Assembly: GCF_009914755.1 (NCBI RefSeq)
Contig: NC_060948.1
DNA from: the human T2T-CHM13v2.0 reference genome, Homo sapiens
Direction: 5' to 3' (one strand)
DNA: 64,000 bases
Shown: positions 13,401 through 28,319 of the stretch, one piece after another
How the letters are laid out: each line of letters begins with the position of its first letter
Position numbering within the stretch: the first letter of the stretch is position 1
Notes under the pieces: generated by a model
The model's database searches: none
Told to the model about the DNA's origin: nothing
The model's input: only the letters and a program-made list of their open reading frames with translations
Position numbers and translations under genes: made by a program

Positions 13401-14048
13401 AGTGGAATGGAATCGAATATAATGGAGTCGAATGAAATGGAATTGAAAGGAATGGGATCGAATAGAATGGAATATACTGGAATGTAATGTAATGAACTCG
13501 AATGTAATTGACTGGAATGGAATGTACATGAATGGAATGTAATCGAATGGAAAGTAATCCAATGGAATAGAATCTAATGCAATAAAATCGACTCAGATAG
13601 AGTAGAATGTAATGGAATGGAGTGCAGTGCAATGGAATGGAATGGAATGGAATGCAATGGAATGGAATGGAATGGAATGGAATGGGATGGAATGGTATGG
13701 AATGGATAGTAGTGGACTGGATTGAAATGGACTGGAAAGGTATGGACTCAAATTGAAAGGGCTCGAAAGGAATGGAGTCAAATGGAATGGTCTGGAATGG
13801 AATGAACACGAATGTAATGCAATCCAATAGAATGGAATCGAATGGCATGGAATATAAAGAAATGGAATCGAAGAGAATGGAAACAAATGGAATGGAAGTG
13901 AATGGAATGGAATTGAATGGAATGGGAACGAATGGAGTGAAATTGTATGCAGTAGAAGAGAATAGAATGGAATGCAAGCGAAAGGAAAGGAATGGATTGG
14001 AATGGAATGGAATTCATTGGAATGGAAGGGAATGTAGTGTAATGGACA
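10496..14048 (+). repeat. Monomer U3 (3553 bp)
   Basis: GGCC at 10496 to GGCC at 14049. Confidence 0.92.
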
Positions 14049-17000
14049 GGCCTGGAATAAAGTGGAATGCTACGGTCTCGAATGGAATAAAAATGTATGG
14101 AATGGAATGCAATGAAACGGAATCGAATGTCATAGAATATAATGGAATGCAAAAAAATGGAATCCAAAATCATTGACTGGAAAGGCTGGGTGTCGAAAGG
14201 AATTGACTCCAATGGAATGGAATCGAATGGAATGGAAGTGAATAGAATCGAACTAAATCGAATGGAATTTAATTGATAGGAACGGAATGGAAAGGAATGC
14301 AATGATTTGGCATGGAATGGAATCGAATGGCATCGAATGGAATGGAATGGAATGCAATGGAATGGAATGTATTAGAATGTAATGAACTTTAATGGAATGT
14401 ACTCGAATGGATTCGACTGGAATGGAATGTTCTGGAAGTGAATGGACTCCAATGGAATGGATTCAAAAAGAATGGAATCGTACGGAATGGAAACTAATGG
14501 AATGGAATTAAATGGAAATGAATCAAATTGAATAGCACGGAATTGAATTGAATGGAATCGAATGCAATGGAATCTAATGAAACGGAAAGGAAAGGAATGG
14601 AATGGAATGGAATGGGCTGGAATGGAAAGGAATCGAAACGAGTGGAATGGAATCGAACTGAAGAGACTGGAATGGAATGCACTGGAATGGAAGGGAGTGT
14701 AATGGAAGGTTCTCGAAAAAAATGGAATCGAATGGAATGCAATTGAATGGAACGGAATAGAGTCGAATGGAATTGAATGGAATGGAATGGACTAGAGTGA
14801 AATGGAATCGAACCACAAGGAATGGACAGGAATAGAATGGTCTCGAATTGAATGGAATCGTATGGAATGGCATCAAACGGAATGGAATGGACAGCCACGG
14901 AATGGAATGCACTCGAATGCAATGGAGTCGAAACTAATGGACTGGAATAGAATGGACTCGACTGGTACGGACTCCAATGGAATGGAATCGAATGGAATGG
15001 AATCGATCGGAATGGACTCGAAGGGAAAAGACTGCAATGGAAAGGTCTCGAATGGAATGGAAATTAATGGAATGGAATTGAATCGAATGAAATGGAGTCA
15101 AAAGGAATGGAATCGAATGGCAAGAAATCGAATGTAATGGAATCGCAAGGAATTGATGTGAACGGAACGGAATGGAATGGAATCCAAAGGAATGGAATAG
15201 AATGGAATGGAATCGAATGGAAAGGACTCGAATGGAAATCACTCGAATAGAATGCAATTTAATAAAATAGGATCAAATGTAATGGAATGGAATGGAAAGG
15301 AATCGAAACGAAAGGAATGGAGACAGATGGAATGGAATGGAACAGAGAGCAATGGTATAGAATGGAATGGAATCATCTGGAATGGAATTGAATGGAATGG
15401 AATAATATGAAATGGAATGGAATGGAATGCCCTTGAATTAAATGGACTGGAATGCAATGAACTCGAACAGAGTGGAATGGAAAGTGTTGAGATAGAATGG
15501 AATGGACTCCTTTGGAATGGTGTAGTATGCAATGCAATCGACTGGCAGGGAATCAAAAGGAATGTAATCGAATGGATTGGACTGGAATGCAATGGACTCG
15601 AATAGATTGGAAACGGAATAAAAAGGAATGGAATGGAATAGTATGGAATGGAATGGAAAGGAATGGAGTGGAATAGACTAGAGTGGAATGGAATGGACTG
15701 GAAAGCAATGGACTGGAATGGAACTTTCTTGAATGGACTGGAATCAAACGGAATGGAATGCAATGCAATCAAATGGCATGGAATAAAATAGAATGAAAGA
15801 GAATCAAATGGAATTGAATCGAATGGAATCGAATGGATTGGAAAGGAATAGAATGGAATGGAATGGAATTGACTCAAATGGAATGGACTAGAATGGAATG
15901 GATTCGAATGGAAGGCAAAGGAATGGAATCTATTGGAATGGACTGTAATGGAATGGAATGGAAGGGATTGGAATGGACTCGAATGGAATGGACTGCAATA
16001 GAAAGGATTCGAATGGAATGAAAAAGAATTGAATGGAATAGAACAGAATGGAATCAAATCGAATGAAATGGAATGGAATAGAAAGGAATGGAATGAAATG
16101 GAATGGAAAGGATTCGAAAGGAATGCAATCGAATGGAATGGAATCGAACAGAATGGAATAAAATGGAAGAAAACTGGCAAGAAATGGAATCGAAATGAAT
16201 GGAGTGTTATGGAACGGACTCAAAAGGAATTGAATGTAATAGAATGGAGTGGAGTGGACTCGAATATAATGGACTGGAATGGAATGAAATCACATGGAAT
16301 GGGAACGAATGGAATGGAATGGAAAGGAATGGAATCGAATGGAAAGGAATCGAATGGAAGGGAATGAAATTGAATCAACAGGAATGGAAGGGAATAGAAT
16401 AGACGGTAATGGAATGGACTCGAATAGAATGGACACGAATGCTCAAATTGAATGGACTCGAATTTAATGGAAACGAAAGGAATGTCATCGAATGGAATTG
16501 AATCGATTGGAATGAAATCGCATAGAATGGAGTGGAATCAAATGGAATTGAATCGAAAGGAAAGGAAGCGAATGGACTGAAATGAAATGGAATGGAATTG
16601 AATGGAAAGTAATGCAATGGAATAGAATGGAACGAAATTTCACGGAATGGAATCAAACTGAATGGAATCAAATCAATGGAATCAAATCAAATGGAATGGA
16701 AAGGAATTGAATGGAGTAGATTGGATTGGATGGGATTGGAATGAAATGTACTGGAAAGGACTCGAATTTCATGAAACGGAATGGAATGAATTGGAACGGA
16801 ATGGACTCGAATGGAATGGAATGTCATGGAATGGCATCAAATGGAATGGCATCAAATGGAATGGAATCGAAAGCAATGGAATGCTATGGAATGGAATGGA
16901 ATGCATTGGAATGGAATGTCCTCTAATGGAATGGATTCGAGTGGAATGGAATCGAATATAATGGAGTCGAATGAAATGGAATTGAAAGGAATGGGATCGA

Positions 17001-17607
17001 ATACAACGGAATATACTGGAATGTAATGTAATGAACTCGAATGTAATTGACTGGAATGGAATGTACATGAATGGAATGTAATCGAATGGAAAGAAATCCA
17101 ATGGAATAGAATCTAATGCAATAAAATCGACTCAGATAGAGTAGAATGTAATGGAATGGAGTGCAGTGCAATGGAATGGAATGGAATGGAATGCAATGGA
17201 ATGGAATGGAATGCAATGGAATGGAATGGAATGGAATGGAATGGGATGGAATGGTTTGGAATGGATAGTAATGGACTGGAGTGAAATTTACCGGAAAGGA
17301 ATGGACTCAAATTGAAAGGGCTCGAAAGGAATGGAGTCAAATGGAATGGTCTGGAATGGAATGAACACGAATGTAATGCAATCCAATAGAATGGAAACGA
17401 ATGGCATGGAATATAAAGAAATGGAATCGAAGAGAATGGAAACAAATGGAATGGAATTGAATGGAATGGAATTGAATGGAATGGGAACGAATGGAGTGAA
17501 ATTGTATGCAGTAGAAGGGAATAGAATGGAATGCAAGCGAAAGGAAAGGAATGGATTGGAATGGAATGGAATTCATTGGAATGGAAGGGAATGTAGTGTA
17601 ATGGACA
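14049..17607 (+). repeat. Monomer U4 (3559 bp)
   Basis: GGCC at 14049 to GGCC at 17608. Confidence 0.92.
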
Positions 17608-20600
17608 GGCCTGGAATAAAGTGGAATGCTACGGTCTCGAATGGAATAAAAATGTATGGAATGGAATGCAATGAAACGGAATCGAATGTCATAGAATGTA
17701 ATGGAATGCAAAAAAATGGAATCCAAAATCATTGACTGGAAAGGCTGGGTGTCGAAAGGAATTGACTCCAATGGAATGGAATCGAATGGAATGGAAGTGA
17801 ATAGAATCGAACTAAATCGAATGGAATGGAATTGATAGGAACGGAATGGAAATGAATGCAATGATTTGGCATGGAATGGAATCGAATGGCATCGAATGGA
17901 ATGGAATGGAATGCAATGGAATGGAATGTATTAGAATGTAATGAACTTTAATGGAATGTACTCGAATGGATTCGACTGGAATGGAATGTTCTGGAAGTGA
18001 ATGGACTCCAATGGAATGGATTCAAAAGGAATGGAATCGTACGGAATGGAAACTAATGGAATGGAATTAAATGGAAATGAATCAAATTGAATAGCACGGA
18101 ATTGAATTCAATGGAATCGAATGCAATGGAATCTAATGAAACGGAAAGGAAAGGAATGGAATGGAATGGAATGGGCTGGAATGGAAAGGAATCGAAACGA
18201 ATGGAATGGAATCGAACTGAAGAGACTGGAATGGAATGCACTGGAATGGAAGGGAGTGTAATGGAAGGTTCTCGAAAAAAATGGAATCGAATGGAATGGA
18301 ATTGAATGGAACGGAATAGAGTCGAATGGAATTGAATGGAATGGAATGGACTAGAGTGAAATGGAATCGAACCACAAGGAATGGACAGGAATAGAATGGT
18401 CTCGAATTGAATGGAATCGTATGGAATGGCATCAAACGGAATGGAATGGACAGCCACAGAATGGAATGCACTCGAATGCAATGGAGTCGAAACTAATGGA
18501 CTGGAATAGAATGGACTCGACTGGTACGGACTCCAATGGAATGGAATCGAATGGAAGGGAATCGATCGGAATGGACTCGAATGGAAAAGACTGCAATGGA
18601 AAGGTCTCGAATGGAATGGAAATTAATGGAATGGAATGGAATCGAATGAATTGGAGTCAAAAGGAATGCAATCGAATGGCAAGAAATCGAATGTAATGGA
18701 ATCGCAAGGAATTGATGTGAACGGAACGGAATGGAATGGAATCCAAAGGAATGGAATAGAATGGAATGGAATCGAATGGAAAGGACTCGAATGGAAATCA
18801 CTCGAATAGAATGCAATTTAATAAAATAGGATCAAATGTAATGGAATGGAATGGAAAGGAATCGAAACGAAAGGAATGGAGACAGATGGAATGGAATGGA
18901 ACAGAGAGCAATGGTATAGAATGGAATGGAATCATCTGGAATGGAATTGAATGGAATGGAATAATATGAAATGGAATGGAATGGAATGGAATGGAATGCC
19001 CTTGAATTAAATGGACTGGAATGGAATGGACTCGAACAGAGTGGAATGGAAAGTGTTGAGATAGAATGGAATGGACTCCTTTGGAATGGTGTAGTATGCA
19101 ATGCAATCGACTGGCAGGGAATCAAAAGGAATGTAATGGAATGGATTGGACTGGAATGCAATGGACTCGAATAGATTGGAAACGGAATGCAAAGGAATGG
19201 AATGGAATAGTATGGAATGGAATGGAAAGGAATGGAGTGGAATAGACTAGAGTGGAATGGAATGGACTGGAAAGCAATGGACTGGAATGGAACTTTCTTG
19301 AATGGACTGGAATCAAACGGAATGGAATGCAATGCAATCAAATGGCATGGAATAAAATAGAATGAAAGAGAATCAAATGGAATTGAATCGAATGGAATCG
19401 AATGGATTGGAAAGGAATAGAATGGAATGGAATGGAATTGACTCAAATGGAATGGACTAGAATGGAATGGATTCGAATGGAAGGCAAAGGAATGGAATCT
19501 ACTGGAATGGACTGTAATGGAATGGAATGGAAGGGATTGGAATGGACTCGAATGGAATGGACTGCAATAAAAAGGATTCGAATGCAATGAAAAAGAATTG
19601 AATGGAATAGAACAGAATGGAATCAAATCGAATGAAATGGAATGGAATAGAAAGGAATGGAATGAAATGGAATGGAAAGGATTCGAATGGAATGCAATCG
19701 AATGGAATGCAATCGAATGGAATGGAATCGAACGGAATGGAATAAAATGGAAGAAAACTGGCAAGAAATGGAATCGAAATGAATGGAGTGTTATGGAACG
19801 GACTCAAAAGGAATTGAATGTAATAGAATGGAGTGGAGTGGACTCGAATATAATGGACTGGAATGGAATGAAATCACATGGAATGGGAACGAATGGAATG
19901 GAATGGAAAGGAATGGAATCGAATGGAAAGGAATCGAATGGAAGGGAATGAAATTGAATCAACAGGAATGGAAGGGAATAGAATAGACGGTAATGGAATG
20001 GACTCGAATAGAATGGACACGAATGCTCAAATTGAATGGACTCGAATGGAATGGAAACGAAAGGAATGTCATCGAATGGAATTGAATCGATTGGAATGAA
20101 ATCGCATAGAATGGAGTGGAATCAAATGGAATTGAATCGAAAGGAAAGGAAGCGAATGGACTGAAATGAAATGGAATGGAATTGAATGGAAAGTAATGCA
20201 ATGGAATAGAATGGAACGAAATTTCACGGAATGGAATCAAACTGAATGGAATCAAATCAATGGAATCAAATCAAATGGAATGGAAAGGAATTGAATGGAG
20301 TAGATTGGATTGGATGGGATTGGAATGAAATGTACTGGAAAGGACTCGAATTTCATGAAACGGAATGGAATGAATTGGAACGGAATGGACTCGAATGGAA
20401 TGGAATGTCATGGAATGGCATCAAATGGAATGGCATCAAATGGAATGGAATCGAATGCAATGGAATGCTATGGAATGGAATGGAATGCATTGGAATGGAA
20501 TGTCCTCTAATGGAATGGATTCGAGTGGAATGGAATCGAATATAATGGAGTCGAATGAAATGGAATTGAAAGGAATGGGATCGAATACAATGGAATATAC

Positions 20601-21176
20601 TGCAATGTAATGTAATGAACTCGAATGTAATTGACTGGAATGGAATGTACATGAATGGAATGTAATCGAATGGAAAGTAATCCAATGGAATAGAATCTAA
20701 TGCAATAAAATCGACTAAGATAGAGTAGAATGTAATGGAATGGAGTGCAGTGCAATGGAATGGAATGGAATGGAATGCAATGGAATGGAATGGAATGGAA
20801 TGGAATGGAATGGGATGGAATGGTATGGAATGGATAGTAATGGACTGGAGTGAAATGGACTGGAAAGGTATGGACTCAAATTGAAAGGGCTCGAAAGGAA
20901 TGGAGTCAAATGGAATGGTCTGGAATGGAATGAACACGAATGTAATGCAATCCAATAGAATGGAATCGAATGGCATGGAATATAAAGAAATGGAATCGAA
21001 GAGAATGGAAACAAATGGAATGGAAGTGAATGGAATGGAATTGAATGGAATGGGAACGAATGGAGTGAAATTGTATGCAGTAGAAGAGAATAGAATGGAA
21101 TGCAAGCGAAAGGAAAGGAATGGATTGGAATGGAATGGAATTCATTGGAATGGAAGGGAATGCAGTGTAATGGACA
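17608..21176 (+). repeat. Monomer U5 (3569 bp)
   Basis: GGCC at 17608 to GGCC at 21177. Confidence 0.92.
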
Positions 21177-24100
21177 GGCCTGGAATAAAGTGGAATGCTA
21201 CGGTCTCGAATGGAATAAAAATGTATGGAATGAAATGCAATGAAACGGAATCGAATGTCATAGAATATAATGGAATGCAAAAAAATGGAATCCAAAATCA
21301 TTGACTGGAAAGGCTGGGTGTCGAAAGGAATTGACTCCAATGGAATGGAATCGAATGGAATGGAAGTGAATAGAATCGAACTAAATCGAATGGAATGGAA
21401 TTGATAGGAACGGAATGGAAAGGAATGCAATGATTTGGCATGGAATGGAATCGAATGGCATCGAATGGAATGGAATGGAATGCAATGGAATGGAATGTAT
21501 TAGAATGTAATGAACTTTAATGGAATGTACTCGAATGGATTCGACTGGAATGGAATGTTCTGGAAGTGAATGGACTCCAAAGGAATGGATTCAAAAGGAA
21601 TGGAATCGTACGGAATGGAAACTAATGGAATGGAATTAAATGGAAATGAATCAAATTGAATAGCACGGAATTGAATTGAATGGAATCGAATGCAATGGAA
21701 TCTAATGAAACGGAAAGGAAAGGAATGGAATGGAATGGAATGGGCTGGAATGGAAAGGAATCGAAACGAATGGAATGGAATCGAACTGAAGAGACGGGAA
21801 TGGAATGCACTGGAATGGAAGGGAGTGTAATGGAAGGTTCTCGAAAAAAATGGAATCGAATGGAATGCAATTGAATGGAACGGAATAGAGTCGAATGGAA
21901 TTGAATGGAATGGAATGGACTAGAGTGAAATGGAATCGAACCACAAGGAATGGACAGGAATAGAATGGTCTCGAATTGAATGGAATCGTATGGAATGGCA
22001 TCAAACGGAATGGAATGGACAGCCACGGAATGGAATGCACTCGAATGCAATGGAGTCGAAACTAATGGACTGGAATAGAATGGACTCGACTGGTACGGAC
22101 TCCAATGGAATGGAATCGAATGGAAGGGAATCGATCGGAATGGACTCGAAGGGAAAAGACTGCAATGGAAAGGTCTCGAATGGAATGGAAATTAATGGAA
22201 TGGAATGGAATCGAATGAAATGGAGTCAAAAGGAATGGAATCGAATGGCAAGAAATCGAATGTAATGGAATCGCAAGGAATTGATGTGAACGGAACGGAA
22301 TGGAATGGAATCCAAAGGAATGGAATAGAATGGAATGGAATCGAATGGAAAGGACTCGAATGGAAATCACTCGAATAGAATGCAATTTAATAAAATAGGA
22401 TCAAATGTAATGGAATGGAATGGAAAGGAATCGAAACGAAAGGAATGGAGACAGATGGAATGGAATGGAACAGAGAGCAATGGTATAGAATGGAATGGAA
22501 TCATCTGGAAAGGAATTGAATGGAATGGAATAATATGAAATGGAATGGAATGGAATGGAATGGAATGCCCTTGAATTAAATGGACTGGAATGGAATGGAC
22601 TCGAACAGAGTGGAATGGAAAGTGTTGAGATAGAATGGAATGGACTCCTTTGGAATGGTGTAGTATGCAATGCAATCGACTGGCAGGGAATCAAAAGGAA
22701 TGTAATGGAATGGATTGGACTGGAATGCAATGGACTCGAATAGATTGGAAACGGAATGCAAAGGAATGGAATGGAATAGTATGGAATGGAATGGAAAGGA
22801 ATGGAGTGGAATAGACTAGAGTGGAATGGAATGGACTGGAAAACAATGGACTGGAATGGAACTTTCTTGAATGGACTGGAATCAAACGGAATGGAATGCA
22901 ATGCAATCAAATGGCATGGAATAAAATAGAATGAAAGAGAATCAAATGGAATTGAATCGAATGGAATCGAATGGATTGGAAAGGAATAGAATGGAATGGA
23001 ATGGAATTGACTCAAATGGAATGGACTAGAATGGAATGGATTCGAATGGAAGGCAAAGGAATGGAATCTATTGGAATGGACTGTAATGGAATGGAATGGA
23101 AGGGATTGGAATGGACTCGAATGGAATGGACTGCAATAGAAAGGATTCGAATGGAATGAAAAAGAATTGAATGGAATAGAACAGAATGGAATCAAATCGA
23201 ATGAAATGGAATGGAATAGAAAGGAATGGAATGAAATGGAATGGAAAGGATTCGAATGGAATGCAATCGAATGGAATGGAATCGAACGGAATGGAATAAA
23301 ATGGAAGAAAACTGGCAAGAAATGGAATCGAAATGAATGGAGTGTTATGGAACGGACTCAAAAGGAATTGAATGTAATAGAATGGAGTGGAGTGGACTCG
23401 AATATAATGGACTGGAATGGAATGAAATCACATGGAATGGGAACGAATGGAATGGAATGGAAAGGAATGGAATCGAATGGAAAGGAATCGAATGGAAGGG
23501 AATGAAATTGAATCAACAGGAATGGAAGGGAATAGAATAGACGGTAATGGAATGGACACGAATAGAATGGACACGAATGCTCAAATTGAATGGACTCGAA
23601 TGGAATGGAAACGAAAGGAATGTCATCGAATGGAATTGAATCGATTGGAATGAAATCGCATAGAATGGAGTGGAATCAAATGGAAGTGAATCGAAAGGAA
23701 AGGAAGCGAATGGACTGAAATGAAATGGAATGGAATTGAATGGAAAGTAATGCAATGGAATAGAATGGAACGAAATTTCACGGAATGGAATCAAACTGAA
23801 TGGAATCAAATCAATGGAATAAAATCAAATGGAATGGAAAGGAATTGAATGGAGTAGATTGGATTGGATGGGATTGGAATGAAATGTACTGGAAAGGACT
23901 CGAATTTCATGAAACGGAATGGAATGAATTGGAACGGAATGGACTCGAATGGAATGGAATGTCATGGAATGGCATCAAATGGAATGGCATCAAATGGAAT
24001 GGAATCGAATGCAATGGAATGCTATGGAATGGAATGGAATGCATTGGAATGGAATGTCCTCTAATGGAATGGATTCGAGTGGAATGGAATCGAATATAAT

Positions 24101-24730
24101 GGAGTCGAATGAAATGGAATTGAAAGGAATGGGATCGAATACAATGGAATATACTGGAATGTAATGTAATGAACTCGAATGTAATTGACTGGAATGGAAT
24201 GTACATGAATGGAATGTAATCGAATGGAAAGTAATCCAATGGAATAGAATCTAATGCAATAAAATCGACTAAGATAGAGTAGAATGTAATGGAATGGAGT
24301 GCAGTGCAATGGAATGGAATGGAATGGAATGCAATGGAATGGAATGGAATGGAATGGAATGGAATGGGATGGAATGGTATGGAATGGATAGTAATGGACT
24401 GGAGTGAAATGGACTGGAAAGGTATGGACTCAAATTGAAAGGGCTCGAAAGGAATGGAGTCAAATGGAATGGTCTGGAATGGAATGAACACGAATGTAAT
24501 GCAATCCAATAGAATGGAATCGAATGGCATGGAATATAAAGAAATGGAATCGAAGAGAATGGAAACAAATGGAATGGAAGTGAATGGAATGGAATTGAAT
24601 GGAATGGGAACGAATGGAGTGAAATTGTATGCAGTAGAAGAGAATAGAATGGAATGCAAGCGAAAGGAAAGGAATGGATTGGAATGGAATGGAATTCATT
24701 GGAATGGAAGGGAATGCAGTGTAATGGACA
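21177..24730 (+). repeat. Monomer U6 (3554 bp)
   Basis: GGCC at 21177 to GGCC at 24731. Confidence 0.92.
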
Positions 24731-27700
24731 GGCCTGGAATAAAGTGGAATGCTACGGTCTCGAATGGAATAAAAATGTATGGAATGAAATGCAATGAAAC
24801 GGAATCGAATGTCATAGAATATAATGGAATGCAAAAAAATGGAATCCAAAATCATTGACTGGAAAGGCTGGGTGTCGAAAGGAATTGACTCCAATGGAAT
24901 GGAATCGAATGGAATGGAAGTGAATAGAATCGAACTAAATCGAATGGAATGGAATTGATAGGAACGGAATGGAAAGGAATGCAATGATTTGGCATGGAAT
25001 GGAATCGAATGGCATCGAATGGAATGGAATGGAATGCAATGGAATGGAATGTATTAGAATGTAATGAACTTTAATGGAATGTACTCGAATGGATTCGACT
25101 GGAATGGAATGTTCTGGAAGTGAATGGACTCCAAAGGAATGGATTCAAAAGGAATGGAATCGTACGGAATGGAAACTAATGGAATGGAATTAAATGGAAA
25201 TGAATCAAATTGAATAGCACGGAATTGAATTGAATGGAATCGAATGCAATGGAATCTAATGAAACGGAAAGGAAAGGAATGGAATGGAATGGAATGGGCT
25301 GGAATGGAAAGGAATCGAAACGAATGGAATGGAATCGAACTGAAGAGACGGGAATGGAATGCACTGGAATGGAAGGGAGTGTAATGGAAGGTTCTCGAAA
25401 AAAATGGAATCGAATGGAATGCAATTGAATGGAACGGAATAGAGTCGAATGGAATTGAATGGAATGGAATGGACTAGAGTGAAATGGAATCGAACCACAA
25501 GGAATGGACAGGAATAGAATGGTCTCGAATTGAATGGAATCGTATGGAATGGCATCAAACGGAATGGAATGGACAGCCACGGAATGGAATGCACTCGAAT
25601 GCAATGGAGTCGAAACTAATGGACTGGAATAGAATGGACTCGACTGGTACGGACTCCAATGGAATGGAATCGAATGGAAGGGAATCGATCGGAATGGACT
25701 CGAAGGGAAAAGACTGCAATGGAAAGGTCTCGAATGGAATGGAAATTAATGGAATGGAATGGAATCGAATGAAATGGAGTCAAAAGGAATGGAATCGAAT
25801 GGCAAGAAATCGAATGTAATGGAATCGCAAGGAATTGATGTGAACGGAACGGAATGGAATGGAATCCAAAGGAATGGAATAGAATGGAATGGAATCGAAT
25901 GGAAAGGACTCGAATGGAAATCACTCGAATAGAATGCAATTTAATAAAATAGGATCAAATGTAATGGAATGGAATGGAAAGGAATCGAAACGAAAGGAAT
26001 GGAGACAGATGGAATGGAATGGAACAGAGAGCAATGGTATAGAATGGAATGGAATCATCTGGAATGGAATTGAATGGAATGGAATAATATGAAATGGAAT
26101 GGAATGGAATGGAATGGAATGCCCTTGAATTAAATGGACTGGAATGGAATGGACTCGAACAGAGTGGAATGGAAAGTGTTGAGATAGAATGGAATGGACT
26201 CCTTTGGAATGGTGTAGTATGCAATGCAATCGACTGGCAGGGAATCAAAAGGAATGTAATGGAATGGATTGGACTGGAATGCAATGGACTCGAATAGATT
26301 GGAAACGGAATGCAAAGGAATGGAATGGAATAGTATGGAATGGAATGGAAAGGAATGGAGTGGAATAGACTAGAGTGGAATGGAATGGACTGGAAAGCAA
26401 TGGACTGGAATGGAACTTTCTTGAATGGACTGGAATCAAACGGAATGGAATGCAATGCAATCAAATGGCATGGAATAAAATAGAATGAAAGAGAATCAAA
26501 TGGAATTGAATCGAATGGAATCGAATGGATTGGAAAGGAATAGAATGGAATGGAATGGAATTGACTCAAATGGAATGGACTAGAATGGAATGGATTCGAA
26601 TGGAAGGCAAAGGAATGGAATCTATTGGAATGGACTGTAATGGAATGGAATGGAAGGGATTGGAATGGACTCGAATGGAATGGACTGCAATAGAAAGGAT
26701 TCGAATGGAATGAAAAAGAATTGAATGGAATAGAACAGAATGGAATCAAATCGAATGAAATGGAATGGAATAGAAAGGAATGGAATGAAATGGAATGGAA
26801 AGGATTCGAATGGAATGCAATCGAATGGAATGGAATCGAACGGAATGGAATAAAATGGAAGAAAACTGGCAAGAAATGGAATCGAAATGAATGGAGTGTT
26901 ATGGAACGGACTCAAAAGGAATTGAATGTAATAGAATGGAGTGGAGTGGACTCGAATATAATGGACTGGAATGGAATGAAATCACATGGAATGGGAACGA
27001 ATGGAATGGAATGGAAAGGAATGGAATCGAATGGAAAGGAATCGAATGGAAGGGAATGAAATTGAATCAACAGGAATGGAAGGGAATAGAATAGACGGTA
27101 ATGGAATGGACTCGAATAGAATGGACACGAATGCTCAAATTGAATGGACTCGAATGGAATGGAAACGAAAGGAATGTCATCGAATGGAATTGAATCGATT
27201 GGAATGAAATCGCATAGAATGGAGTGGAATCAAATGGAATTGAATCGAAAGGAAAGGAAGCGAATGGACTGAAATGAAATGGAATGGAATTGAATGGAAA
27301 GTAATGCAATGGAATAGAATGGAACGAAATTTCACGGAATGGAATCAAACTGAATGGAATCAAATCAATGGAATCAAATCAAATGGAATGGAAAGGAATT
27401 GAATGGAGTAGATTGGATTGGATGGGATTGGAATGAAATGTACTGGAAAGGACTCGAATTTCATGAAACGGAATGGAATGAATTGGAACGGAATGGACTC
27501 GAATGGAATGGAATGTCATGGAATGGCATCAAATGGAATGGCATCAAATGGAATGGAATCGAATGCAATGGAATGCTATGGAATGGAATGGAATGCATTG
27601 GAATGGAATGTCCTCTAATGGAATGGATTCGAGTGGAATGGAATCGAATATAATGGAGTCGAATGAAATGGAATTGAAAGGAATGGGATCGAATAGAATG

Positions 27701-28319
27701 GAATATACTGGAATGTAATGTAATGAACTGGAATGTAATTGACTGGAATGGAATGTACATGAATGGAATGTAATCGAATGGAAAGTAATCCAATGGAATA
27801 GAATCTAATGCAATAAAATCGACTCAGATAGAGTAGAATGTAATGGAATGGAGTGCAGTGCAATGGAATGGAATGGAATGGAATGCAATGGAATGGAATG
27901 GAATGGAATGGAATGGAATTCTATGGAATGGAATGGAATGGAATGGAATGGGATGGGATGGAATTGTATGGAATGGATAGTAATGGACTGGAGTGAAATG
28001 GACTGGAAAGGAATGGACTCAAATTGAAAGGGCTCGAAAGGAATGGAGACAAATGGAATGGTCTGGAATGGAATGAACACGAATGTAATGCAATCCAATA
28101 AAATGGAGTCGAATGGCATGGAATATAAAGAAATGGAATCGAAGAGAATGGAAACAATTGGAATGGAATTGAATGGAATGGAATTGAATGGAATGGGAAC
28201 GAATGGAGTGAAATTGTATGCAGTAGAAGAGAATAGAATGGAATGGAAGCGAAAGGAAAGGAATGGATTGGAATGGAATGGAATTCATTGGAATGGAAGG
28301 GAATGTAGTGTAATGGACA
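24731..28319 (+). repeat. Monomer U7 (3589 bp)
   Basis: GGCC at 24731 to GGCC at 28320. Confidence 0.92.
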
